From: a virus
IMG/VR virus record: IMGVR_UViG_3300032116_000125
Location: 1-64,000 of that record
Reading direction: 5' to 3' (one strand)
DNA length: 64,000 nt
Shown: positions 1 to 8,433 of the stretch, piece by piece
Layout: each line of letters starts with the position of its first letter
Position numbering within the stretch: position 1 is the stretch's first letter
Position numbers and translations under genes: made by a program
The notes under the pieces: model-generated
Databases searched by the model: none
Told to the model about the DNA's origin: nothing
The model's input: the letters and a program-made list of their open reading frames with translations, nothing else

Positions 1-646
1 TACTACATTGCAGTCTGTATCTTTACCTGACACTGGTGCGGTTTTGGACATGGGATTTATGTTCTTCTTATGTACTTCCTTGCAGTCTGTATCTCTACCT
101 AATACTGGTGCGGTAACAAACATGTCATTGATGTTTTATGTTTGTCCTTCTTTACAATCTGTATCTCTACCTGACACTGGTGCAGTAACAGACATGTCAG
201 CCATGTTTTATGACTGTACTTCCTTGCAGTCCATATCTCTGCCTAATACTGGTGCGGTAACAAACATGTCATCGATGTTTAACACCTGTACTTCCTTGCA
301 GTCCATATCTTTGCCTAATACTGGTGCGGTAACAAGCATGAGTCAGATGTTTGGCTCCTGTCTTTCTTTGCAGTCTGTATCTAACCTAAATGGTAATGCA
401 GCAACAGGCAGTAGTGCCTATAGCAGCATGTTTTCAGGTTGTCGTTCCCTGCAAAGTATCTCTGCAATAAACATGAAATTTACCCACTCAATCGGCAGCC
501 TCAAAATGAGCGCAACAGCATTAAACGCATATTATACAGCACTACCAACAGTAACATCACAAACATTGACAGTAACAGGTAACTGGGGAGTCGCAACAGA
601 CAACCCGGCTATCGCTACTGCTAAAGGATGGACGGTAACAGGATGA
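1..646 (+). CDS. BspA/DUF285-like leucine-rich-repeat protein, 5'-truncated by window edge (putative adhesin/tail-associated)
   Basis: 24-aa repeats (QSVSLPxTGAVTxMSxMFxxCxSL) with a C-terminal ...IATAKGWTV cap typical of these LRR proteins. Confidence 0.75.
   Translation, partial: TTLQSVSLPDTGAVLDMGFMFFLCTSLQSVSLPNTGAVTNMSLMFYVCPSLQSVSLPDTGAVTDMSAMFYDCTSLQSISLPNTGAVTNMSSMFNTCTSLQSISLPNTGAVTSMSQMFGSCLSLQSVSNLNGNAATGSSAYSSMFSGCRSLQSISAINMKFTHSIGSLKMSATALNAYYTALPTVTSQTLTVTGNWGVATDNPAIATAKGWTVTG
9..385 (+). repeat. 72-bp tandem coding repeat, about 5 copies
   Basis: tgcagtc/tacaatc unit starts at 9, 81, 153, 225, 297, 369. Confidence 0.9.
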
Positions 647-834
647 GCCCAGGATTCTATAAAGTTGACGGTGACCTACTTTACGGTCCCAATTTCGTGC
701 TTCATGCAGAATACTCTCTATATAAAGAAACTCATGATCAATACACCTACCCTATTGACGGATGGTATTGGTTTAATACCGAAGAAGAAGCACGGGCATA
801 CTTTGAGTTGCCAATAGAAGAAGGAACTGAATAA
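643..834 (+). CDS. small hypothetical protein coupled to LRR gene
   Basis: ATGA overlap with upstream stop; 63 aa, MSPGFYK...GWYWF. Confidence 0.65.
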   Translation: MSPGFYKVDGDLLYGPNFVLHAEYSLYKETHDQYTYPIDGWYWFNTEEEARAYFELPIEEGTE

Positions 835-2048
835 TGGCTCGTAATGCATTAATTCAAGTACGGCGGGACACCGCCGCTAACTGGACCTCAGTCAACCCTA
901 CTCTTGCCTCTGGGGAAATTGGGCTAGAGACTGACACCGGCAGATACAAGATTGGCAACGGAAGCACACCGTGGAACTCTCTTCAGATATCTCTTAAGGC
1001 CGATGAACTCCGCCTCGGTAATGACTATCTAACCCCATACACCGGCTTTCGCAACGCGATCATCAATGGTGACTTCCGCATCAACCAGCGGGCGTGGTCA
1101 TCGTCTTCAACAAGTGCAACCTACGGTTACGACCGTTGGCGAGTATTCCACACCGGTGGTACGGTCGCCATGTCCAGCCAACAGTTTACGGTTGGTTCAC
1201 CTGCCGCCACAGGCTATGAGTCTCCCAATTTTGTCCGACTTGTGACAGGTGGTCAGTCGTCATCTGGAGATTATTCTGTTCTTCAACAGCCAATTGAAGA
1301 CGCTAGAACATTTGCCAACAGCACAGTCACGATTTCATTTTGGGCTAAAGCGGCTTCGGGAACACCAAAAGTTGCTGTTGAACTAGCACAGGTATTTGGA
1401 ACTGGTGGTAGCCCATCGGCAGATGTCAATACACTCGGCGGTCAAGTAACACTTTCTACATCATGGACCCGCTATTCGGTGACTATGACCGTCCCTAACG
1501 TCAACGGCAAGACGTTTGGCACGACAGCAAACACCAGTAGCCTAAACTGCAACCTATGGGTTTCGGCGGGTAGCACCTTCAATGCGCGGCTAAATAGCAT
1601 TGGCACCCAGAATGCAACGATTGACTTCTGGGGTGTGCAGGTTGAGCGTGGGTCGGTGGCAACACCGTTTGAGCAGAGGCCGATCCAGACAGAGTTGGCA
1701 ATGTGTCAGCGGTACTACGAAAAATCGTATGCTCTTGCAACCGCACCGGGAACAAACACCGCGGCTGGCCTTATGTTGTTTTTTGGAACTACAGCCGGTT
1801 CCAATACTGCACAACTGGTAGTTAGGTTCTTAGTGCCCAAACGATACACTGCCTACACAGTTACTGGATACAATGGTTTTGGAAACAGCGGTGTATGGGA
1901 GTATTATAGAAGTGGTGCCAGTAATACTTCCGCAGGATTAACCGTAGACCTACAGACGGAACAAAGTTTCCGTGGCTACGTTGAAACTGGTGCGGCCTAT
2001 GTCGCCGTTCAAATAAACGCTCATTGGGTCTGTAACGCGGAGTTCTGA
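834..2048 (+). CDS. tail fibre/receptor-binding protein with Mtd N-terminal-like domain and carbohydrate-binding-like domain
   Basis: N-term IQVRRDTAANWTSVNPTLASGEIGLETDTGRYKIGNG; NAIINGDFRINQR...VQVERGSVATPFEQR...CQRYY fibre motifs. Confidence 0.8.
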   Translation: MARNALIQVRRDTAANWTSVNPTLASGEIGLETDTGRYKIGNGSTPWNSLQISLKADELRLGNDYLTPYTGFRNAIINGDFRINQRAWSSSSTSATYGYDRWRVFHTGGTVAMSSQQFTVGSPAATGYESPNFVRLVTGGQSSSGDYSVLQQPIEDARTFANSTVTISFWAKAASGTPKVAVELAQVFGTGGSPSADVNTLGGQVTLSTSWTRYSVTMTVPNVNGKTFGTTANTSSLNCNLWVSAGSTFNARLNSIGTQNATIDFWGVQVERGSVATPFEQRPIQTELAMCQRYYEKSYALATAPGTNTAAGLMLFFGTTAGSNTAQLVVRFLVPKRYTAYTVTGYNGFGNSGVWEYYRSGASNTSAGLTVDLQTEQSFRGYVETGAAYVAVQINAHWVCNAEF

Positions 2049-2269
2049 TGAAGCACTATTTACACACACTCACAAACCCTGAAGGCGCAGAAACCACAGT
2101 CTTGCGTCGTGAGGACGGGGCACAAATCCCAATGGACGAAGCCAATCCCGACTACCAGCAGTACTTAGCATGGCTAGAAGAAGGCAACACCCCCGAACCG
2201 TGGGGTGAGCCTGATACAGTCATCACAAACCCTGAGGAGCACCATGACTACGAAGACCCCCAATACTGA
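2048..2269 (+). CDS. tail fibre assembly chaperone-like protein
   Basis: IPMDEANPDYQQYLAWLEEGN motif directly downstream of the fibre gene. Confidence 0.65.
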   Translation: MKHYLHTLTNPEGAETTVLRREDGAQIPMDEANPDYQQYLAWLEEGNTPEPWGEPDTVITNPEEHHDYEDPQY

Positions 2270-2393
2270 CAACCCGATTGACATCAACAAGATCGTGGAG
2301 AGTCTGTCAAATACAATTGCCCAGCAGGCAGTACGCATTGCCATGCTTGAGGCCACCTTGGCGGCTAAGCCCGCAAAAGACACGAATGACTGA
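2244..2393 (+). CDS. small coiled-coil hypothetical protein
   Basis: GAGGAG RBS before ATG 2244; heptad-like IVESLSNTIAQQAVRIAMLEA. Confidence 0.5.
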   Translation: MTTKTPNTDNPIDINKIVESLSNTIAQQAVRIAMLEATLAAKPAKDTND

Positions 2394-2405
2394 GGGTTGG
2401 GTGTA

Positions 2406-3215
2406 ATGCCTCGTAACGACCTAATCCAAGTACGTAGCGACACTGCCGCCAACTGGGCTTCAGTTAACCCCATCCTTGCCTCAGGCGAGCACGGATTTGA
2501 AACCGATACCGGCAAGTTTAAAATCGGAAATGGTTCAACGGCGTGGTCAGCATTGCTTTACGCTACTGACGCATCTGAAATTACGGGTACCACCCTTCCC
2601 GCCAACGTCGTCTCATCGTCGCTAACTAGCGTCGGAACTCTTACGTCTTTAAATGTGGCTGGCACAGCAACAGTCCGGGCGGCGTCCTCGCAAGACGGTG
2701 TGGCCTTGGCCGGGCGTACGGGGGGCACTGCTTCTTATGAAGTCACACTACGCCCCACCACATTGACCGCTGACCAGACTCTCACATTACCAAACAACAC
2801 TGGCGAACTTGTCTCGTTCACTAGCGCACGAGGCTCTAGTTTTGGTTGGACCAATTACACCACAACCATAACGCAACTAGGAACAGTTACATACGCAACA
2901 TATGTCAGTAGGTACCAGCAGATCGGTAAATTAATAAATTGGGAATACGCTTTTTATATTACCGGCACTGGCACCATTAATAACGCTATCCGTATTAATA
3001 TCCCGCAAACGGCACAAGGTAGTGCCATATACTCTAATTTTGGCACTATGCACGTTTACGATGCCAGCACTAATACGCATTATTGTGGGCACGCCTTTGC
3101 GTACTCAACCACACAAGCCGCGATGATGTTAGACGGCGGGAACACCTACTTTCAGTCAATTGCGCTCGCTAACGGCGATGTCATCAGTGGCCATATCCTG
3201 TATGAGGCGGCATAA
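2406..3215 (+). CDS. second tail fibre with Mtd N-terminal-like domain
   Basis: N-term IQVRSDTAANWASVNPILASGEHGFETDTGKFKIGNG, paralogous to 834; SSLTSVGTLTSL shaft repeat; different C-terminal head. Confidence 0.8.
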   Translation: MPRNDLIQVRSDTAANWASVNPILASGEHGFETDTGKFKIGNGSTAWSALLYATDASEITGTTLPANVVSSSLTSVGTLTSLNVAGTATVRAASSQDGVALAGRTGGTASYEVTLRPTTLTADQTLTLPNNTGELVSFTSARGSSFGWTNYTTTITQLGTVTYATYVSRYQQIGKLINWEYAFYITGTGTINNAIRINIPQTAQGSAIYSNFGTMHVYDASTNTHYCGHAFAYSTTQAAMMLDGGNTYFQSIALANGDVISGHILYEAA

Positions 3216-3451
3216 TGGAAGTGTTCCTACGTGGTGTCTACGACGCAGAAGAAATACCTGAGGTATGGTTGTGGGAACGTATGCGCGTTCAGCGCGACAA
3301 ACTCCTAGTTGCTTGTGACTGGACACAGGTTGCGGATGCCCCGGTGGATAAGCAGGCATGGGCTACCTATCGGGAATCTTTACGTAACTTTCCTGAAACG
3401 TGGGTGCCCTCCGAAGTTGTTATCTTCCCAGATACCCCATCGTCCACGTAA
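3215..3451 (+). CDS. phage tail (fibre) assembly chaperone
   Basis: RVQRDKLLVACDWTQVADAP..WATYRESLRNFP signature. Confidence 0.8.
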   Translation: MEVFLRGVYDAEEIPEVWLWERMRVQRDKLLVACDWTQVADAPVDKQAWATYRESLRNFPETWVPSEVVIFPDTPSST

Positions 3452-3480
3452 CCACTAGTCAGCGCATCTAGGAGAGCCCT

Positions 3481-3741
3481 ATGTTTAATCCCGGTGGTAA
3501 GGTCTACAGAGCACTGGTTACCTCAGCCAACAGCACCACAGGAGAGATTTACGTCTCTATACCTCAAGTTATGGGCCAAGACAGTTCTGTACCGTTGTCG
3601 TACGTAGGACGGTCAGCGGCTAATGGTATTTGGGCTGTGCCCGACCCGGGGGAGGTCATTGTCGTAGCAAGCGACGACGACCAGTTTTCTAACGTATTCT
3701 GGATTAAAACAACTTCGGGAACTAACGGCGGCTCAGCCTAA
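3481..3741 (+). CDS. baseplate spike gpV/gp5-like OB-fold protein (stand-alone)
   Basis: YRALV...GEIYVSIPQVMG...WAVPDPGEVIVV...VFWI resembles the gp5/gpV N-terminal OB domain. Confidence 0.6.
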   Translation: MFNPGGKVYRALVTSANSTTGEIYVSIPQVMGQDSSVPLSYVGRSAANGIWAVPDPGEVIVVASDDDQFSNVFWIKTTSGTNGGSA

Positions 3742-3761
3742 AACTGCTAACGCTTTTGGTC

Positions 3762-3770
3762 TGCTAACCT
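3762..3770 (+). promoter_or_regulatory. extended -10 promoter (TGnTAnnnT) upstream of endolysin
   Basis: TGCTAACCT; same pattern at 7540, 9558, 15760, 41103, 54521, each just upstream of an RBS. Confidence 0.45.
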
Positions 3771-3798
3771 ATAGGCAACCAAGTCTTTAGGAGGATAT

Positions 3799-4542
3799 AT
3801 GGGCCGTAAGTACACCGGATTTGATGGGAACGCCAGCGGTAAGCGTGCTGGTTTGGAAAAGTTTGTTGAATTGACAATCGCGCATTTCAACAAGGGCGTA
3901 TGGAACAACGGCACATGGTCGGTTCGCAACATGAAGAACCCCAACCTTGCCACCCCCCGCCCCTCGGTGCATGGAACCGGCCGCGCCGCCGACCTGTCGT
4001 GGCGCAAGACCGGCAACAAGGGTTTCGGTGATTACGCGACCGCTTGCCAAGTTGTTGACTTTTGGGTGGCCAACGCTGAACTGTTCCTCGTTGAAGAAAT
4101 CCACGACTATTGGCCTGCCCCGCACGGACGCGGCTGGCGTTGTGACCGTTCCGTGTGGACGGTGTATAAGAAGCCGTCCATCGGCTCAGCCCCCGGTGGC
4201 GATTGGTTCCACGTTGAGATTGCCCCCGACCACGCTGACAACCCGGCCTTCTACGAGCAGGCTTTCACCAGTCTTGGCGGCGCACCCGCACCCGCCCCGG
4301 CTCCGGCTCCCGCACCGGCGCCTGCGTCGGCCCCGGTACTAAAGTTTGAGTACCCCGGCACACCTGTCAAGCAGGGTTCCAAGGGTGATGCCGTCAAGTT
4401 GGTGCAGGCCATCGTGGGCGCCAAGCCCGATGGAGACTTTGGCGCCAAGACTTACGAATTGGTTCGCAACTGGCAGAAGTCCAAGGGTCTCACTTACGAC
4501 GGAGTGGTGGGCCCGGCCACATGGAAGGCAATGTTCGGATGA
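3799..4542 (+). CDS. endolysin: M15-type Zn peptidase + Pro/Ala linker + peptidoglycan-binding domain
   Basis: SVHGTGRAAD (SxHxxGxAxD), WFHVE, (AP)n linker, C-terminal DGDFGAKT...WQ...DGVVGPATW. Confidence 0.85.
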   Translation: MGRKYTGFDGNASGKRAGLEKFVELTIAHFNKGVWNNGTWSVRNMKNPNLATPRPSVHGTGRAADLSWRKTGNKGFGDYATACQVVDFWVANAELFLVEEIHDYWPAPHGRGWRCDRSVWTVYKKPSIGSAPGGDWFHVEIAPDHADNPAFYEQAFTSLGGAPAPAPAPAPAPAPASAPVLKFEYPGTPVKQGSKGDAVKLVQAIVGAKPDGDFGAKTYELVRNWQKSKGLTYDGVVGPATWKAMFG

Positions 4543-4613
4543 TTCTCGCCCTTACCCTGTCGCTTTGCTTTGTGGCGCTCGGTTATCTACTCAAGAATGG
4601 GGTTCGTTGACCC

Positions 4614-5207
4614 ATGGCCAGCAAAAAGCGCGGCCTTGGTCTCGCTATCGGGGACTTGCGTGCCCGTATGCGGGAACTAGAGACCACGGATCAAAGGTCG
4701 CAAGGTAAGGTTGACCAAACCACTGGTAGGCGTCTCCCCCCGTCGCGGTTGTACCCGCGGGGGGCAAATGCCCTTATCCCCAGTGGCGCTGACTTTGAGG
4801 TTTATTGGGTCTCACCAACCGACCAGTATTACCAAGGGCCCGGGCTCAGCACCTGCGTTGTAGCCCATGTATTTGTCCCCACACTTAGCCGTGACGAACT
4901 GGCTGAGATTGAGCAGGGCGGTGAATACGAGCAGAGCATGGAAGAGGGGATGGAACGCCTTGGTGAGCAATTCAAGGAAGCCAGTAGTGGGCGCCTAGAC
5001 CGCTCACAGTTGGGCGTGGATTACAACATCCTCGGGTACACCTACGTGATGTTCCGTAACCGCGCCGGTGTCACCAGCGGTGTGTACAAATACGGCCCCA
5101 TGCCATTGCATGTGTATCGTAGTTACCGCGAGTTCACCTCTAAGGGTCAGGGTGTCCGTCGCATCCTTGAGCCGTTTGGCTACACTAAGTCTTCTTGGCC
5201 CGTCTAA
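4614..5207 (+). CDS. hypothetical protein with C-terminal KTSC-like domain
   Basis: YVMF...GVYKYGPMPLHVYRSY...SKGQ resembles the KTSC consensus. Confidence 0.5.
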   Translation: MASKKRGLGLAIGDLRARMRELETTDQRSQGKVDQTTGRRLPPSRLYPRGANALIPSGADFEVYWVSPTDQYYQGPGLSTCVVAHVFVPTLSRDELAEIEQGGEYEQSMEEGMERLGEQFKEASSGRLDRSQLGVDYNILGYTYVMFRNRAGVTSGVYKYGPMPLHVYRSYREFTSKGQGVRRILEPFGYTKSSWPV

Positions 5208-5222
5208 CAGAAGGATCACAAC

Positions 5223-5630
5223 ATGAAGTCATTTTTGGTGATGTCAGCGTGGCTGGCATCGGTTGTTTGGTTTGGCATCGGCATCATTAATTGGGACGCA
5301 ATGGCTATTCCTGCCGCGATTATTGCGTCTCTGTTGGGGTTTGCGATCTTCAAGGACACCATGAACACCGTGCAGGCCGTGGGACCGATCTATTGGATTA
5401 CCCGTGATCTGGTGCCCACAAACACCCCGTTGATTGGCCTCGGATTCATGCGCCAAACCTCATACCCGTGGCGCATCGGTAAGGGGATTCAGATTCGGTT
5501 TCCGCGTCACATCTTCCAGATTGGCTTCTGTATCCGACCGGCTGAGTTCTCGGACAATGACGGCCTCCTTCACGCCCTCAAAGGCCGGTTCCTTGAGCAC
5601 AAGGCGGAGGACATTCGTTCATGGGACTGA
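5223..5630 (+). CDS. membrane protein (two N-terminal TM helices; holin candidate)
   Basis: two hydrophobic stretches in the first 45 aa; near endolysin. Confidence 0.5.
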   Translation: MKSFLVMSAWLASVVWFGIGIINWDAMAIPAAIIASLLGFAIFKDTMNTVQAVGPIYWITRDLVPTNTPLIGLGFMRQTSYPWRIGKGIQIRFPRHIFQIGFCIRPAEFSDNDGLLHALKGRFLEHKAEDIRSWD

Positions 5631-5845
5631 AGCGCAAGAAGGAAAAAGAGAAAGACCTACCCAAGATCGCACGCATTGAGAAGATGAGTAATGCGGAACT
5701 TGCATCATGGGGAGAGCAATCGCTAGTCTACCTGTGCGTTGCGTTTGACAACTGGCGCTACCACGGACACAGCCACAAGGAGGCCACTCGTGCAGTGGAA
5801 ACACTTAATGCGATCTTAAATGAAGTAAATTCTAGAGACAACTAG
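5621..5845 (+). CDS. hypothetical protein
   Basis: GGAGG RBS, overlaps upstream stop. Confidence 0.55.
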   Translation: MGLKRKKEKEKDLPKIARIEKMSNAELASWGEQSLVYLCVAFDNWRYHGHSHKEATRAVETLNAILNEVNSRDN

Positions 5846-5915
5846 AGGTACTTCATCGTGCCGTAGGATGGACGAAGCGTTAGCCCTGCGGGTAACACAC
5901 GATTTCTATATTATA

Positions 5916-5943
5916 GAAAATGCCCCCACAAGGGGGCATTTTC
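5916..5943. terminator. bidirectional intrinsic terminator
   Basis: GAAAATGCCCCC-acaa-GGGGGCATTTTC perfect 12-bp stem. Confidence 0.75.
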
Positions 5944-5959
5944 ATTTATACTTACTCTT

Positions 5960-7534
5960 ATGACAGACCTATCAGATGTTGAAGAATCCGGCGCACAAGA
6001 CGACGTTGGTGACTATCCGCAGGAAGAACTGGACGAAACATCAGCAGAGTTTGTTGACCAGTTGGTCATGAAACTAATCGTGTTTACGGAAGAGTTCTGT
6101 AATGTGAGCCTCTTCCCCTACCAAGTACCGATTGCCTATCGCATCATTGAATCCATCGTGTTGGGTGATGGTGAGGAGTTGACCTTGGTTGCCACCCGCC
6201 AGTCGGGTAAGTCCGAGGTGCTTTCCAACGTGATGGCTTCCATGATGGTCATCCTCCCGCGCCTGTCCAAGGTGTATCCCACATGGCTGGGTAAGTTTGA
6301 GAAGGGGTTCTGGTGCGGCGTGTTTGCCCCCGTGGAGGATCAGGCCGACACCGTGTTTGGGCGTATTGTCAGCAAGTTGACCAGCGAGCACGCCATGGAT
6401 TTCCTGCTGGACCCGGAGATTGACGACAAGGCGTCTTCGGGGGGTGCGCGAGGTAAAGGGCGCATTATTAGCCTTAAAAAGTCTGGATCGCTTTGTCGCA
6501 TGCAAACTTGTAACCCTAAGGCTAAGATTGAATCAAAGACCTACCACTTTGTAATGATTGACGAGGCTCAGGAAGCCGACGAGTTCATGATTTCAAAGTC
6601 CATCAAGCCCATGTTGGCCTTTAATAACGGGTCTATTGTCCTCACGGGAACTGCTACCCGTAGTAAGTCATACTTCTATAAAATGATTCAATTCAATAAA
6701 CGGCGTGACACTAATGCCCGCCGTGGGCACAGGCAGGCCCATTTTGAGTATGACTGGCGCACAGCGGCCAAATACAACGATAACTACGCCAAGTTCATTG
6801 CGAAAGAAAAGACCCGCATCGGAGAGGACTCCGACGAGTTCCAGATGTCTTATTGCAATAAATGGATTCTGGAAAAAGGCATGTTTGTCACCGAGGAGCG
6901 CATGGAGCGCCTCTACGACCCCTCCATGACCCTCATTAAGAAGTGGTGGCGTAGCCCGATTGTTATGGGCATAGACGTAGCCCGAACGAATGACTCCACC
7001 GTTGCCACGGCGGTGTGGGTGGACTGGGATCACCCGGACGGTTTCGGGTTCTTTGAGCACCGTGTCTTGGACTGGCTGGAAATCAACAATGTGGAGTGGG
7101 AACAGCAGTACTTTGAGATCATTGACTTCATCCGAAACTTTGATGTGTACCGGATCGGAGTTGACTCTCAGGGCGTCGGCGGGGCCGTCACGGAGCGCCT
7201 CCAGTTGCTTCTACCTGAGATTGAGGTCGTGGCCGTGTCCTCGGACGCCAAGGCCCAGAACGAGCGCTGGGTGCACCTCATGGAACTCATCCAGCGTGAG
7301 CAACTGATTATCCCCGGGCACTCCAAGGCCCGGAGAACCCGGTCGTGGAAAAAGTTCAACCAGCAGATGTGTGACTTGGAGAAGGTGTACCGAGGCCCGT
7401 ACCTGCTGGCGGCGGCTCCGGACGAGAAGGGCGCGTTTGACGACTTCCCAGATTCACTGGCAATTGCCTGTTCCATGACCGTTTTAGACGTAATGCCGAT
7501 GGTTGAATCTTTCAACTCCCCCTTCTACACATGA
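5960..7534 (+). CDS. terL: terminase large subunit
   Basis: Walker A TRQSGKS, Walker B VMIDEAQ, motif III LTGT, nuclease GIDVAR and DDFPDS. Confidence 0.95.
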   Translation: MTDLSDVEESGAQDDVGDYPQEELDETSAEFVDQLVMKLIVFTEEFCNVSLFPYQVPIAYRIIESIVLGDGEELTLVATRQSGKSEVLSNVMASMMVILPRLSKVYPTWLGKFEKGFWCGVFAPVEDQADTVFGRIVSKLTSEHAMDFLLDPEIDDKASSGGARGKGRIISLKKSGSLCRMQTCNPKAKIESKTYHFVMIDEAQEADEFMISKSIKPMLAFNNGSIVLTGTATRSKSYFYKMIQFNKRRDTNARRGHRQAHFEYDWRTAAKYNDNYAKFIAKEKTRIGEDSDEFQMSYCNKWILEKGMFVTEERMERLYDPSMTLIKKWWRSPIVMGIDVARTNDSTVATAVWVDWDHPDGFGFFEHRVLDWLEINNVEWEQQYFEIIDFIRNFDVYRIGVDSQGVGGAVTERLQLLLPEIEVVAVSSDAKAQNERWVHLMELIQREQLIIPGHSKARRTRSWKKFNQQMCDLEKVYRGPYLLAAAPDEKGAFDDFPDSLAIACSMTVLDVMPMVESFNSPFYT

Positions 7535-7585
7535 AAATATGGTACGATAGGAACCACAAGGACCCTTATTAGGAGGAAACCCTAC

Positions 7586-7987
7586 ATGACAGTTGCACCC
7601 GTTCCCATGTTCCCCGAGAAGGGCACTCCCGTGTTTGAGCGCTCCTTCGCCCCGAGCATCCCCGGTAACCGTGGACCGCTCCGTTTTGAGGAAGGTGTCG
7701 CCACCGACACGGACGTTCCTTACGACTTCGGCGTTGGCGCTTACGAGGACACCGCTCCCTCGCCCATGCGGATGAACCACAATAACCCTGAGATGTTCTA
7801 CAAGTACGCTGAGGAGACCATGCGTGAGCGTGCTCACGTTGGTTCGGCCTCTTGGATTGAGGCCCCCACCGTGCTCGGTGAGTTCGTTCAGGGTTCCATG
7901 GCTGGCGACATGATGCCGCAGTTTGAGTACTCGTACAACACGGGTGGTCACATGAACCGCCCGAACCCGACCGTCGTTTACGACTGA
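7586..7987 (+). CDS. hypothetical protein (possible virion protein)
   Basis: strong AGGAGG RBS, own promoter-like -10, codon bias like the capsid gene. Confidence 0.65.
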   Translation: MTVAPVPMFPEKGTPVFERSFAPSIPGNRGPLRFEEGVATDTDVPYDFGVGAYEDTAPSPMRMNHNNPEMFYKYAEETMRERAHVGSASWIEAPTVLGEFVQGSMAGDMMPQFEYSYNTGGHMNRPNPTVVYD

Positions 7988-7989
7988 GC

Positions 7990-8433
7990 ATGTACGGCAC
8001 CGAGAACTTCTCGGTGACTTACCCGAAACCTGTCAGCGCCATCGGGGAGTCCCCGCAACTATCGTCGTACGCGGAGATGGCAAGCCGCTTTGCCCGCGTG
8101 CGTAGTGGCTTTGGCATTACCCCTGCAAAGTCATACCTGACGGACACCGCCGTATCCAACCCGTTCGTACCCAGCCCCATGGGGGGCAAGCGTGCGTTGC
8201 TGGGACCCCGGCGCCTAGAGGGCATGGGTGAGTTTGTATTGGACCCCATGCAGAACTTTAAGCCGGAAACGCTGGACTTGGAGGGCTACAAATACCGCTC
8301 TAAGATCGCGGCCCCTCAGAAGGACAGCAACGGTACGGCATCCATTAGGCGTAAGGGGCTTAGCGCCTATAAGCGCGTTAAGGCTGGTAAAAACCCTAAC
8401 CCGCCCGCACTCCCGAAAACGAAGGTGTACTGA
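7990..8433 (+). CDS. hypothetical basic protein
   Basis: ORF tightly packed between neighbours. Confidence 0.55.
   Translation: MYGTENFSVTYPKPVSAIGESPQLSSYAEMASRFARVRSGFGITPAKSYLTDTAVSNPFVPSPMGGKRALLGPRRLEGMGEFVLDPMQNFKPETLDLEGYKYRSKIAAPQKDSNGTASIRRKGLSAYKRVKAGKNPNPPALPKTKVY

Noticed and set aside
1-3215. Diversity-generating retroelement suggested by Mtd-like domains
   Set aside because: Only the N-terminal anchor resembles Mtd; no reverse transcriptase and no TR/VR pair with adenine-specific mismatches seen in the window
4280-4335. GC-rich short tandem repeat in the endolysin
   Set aside because: Simply encodes the (AP)n interdomain linker
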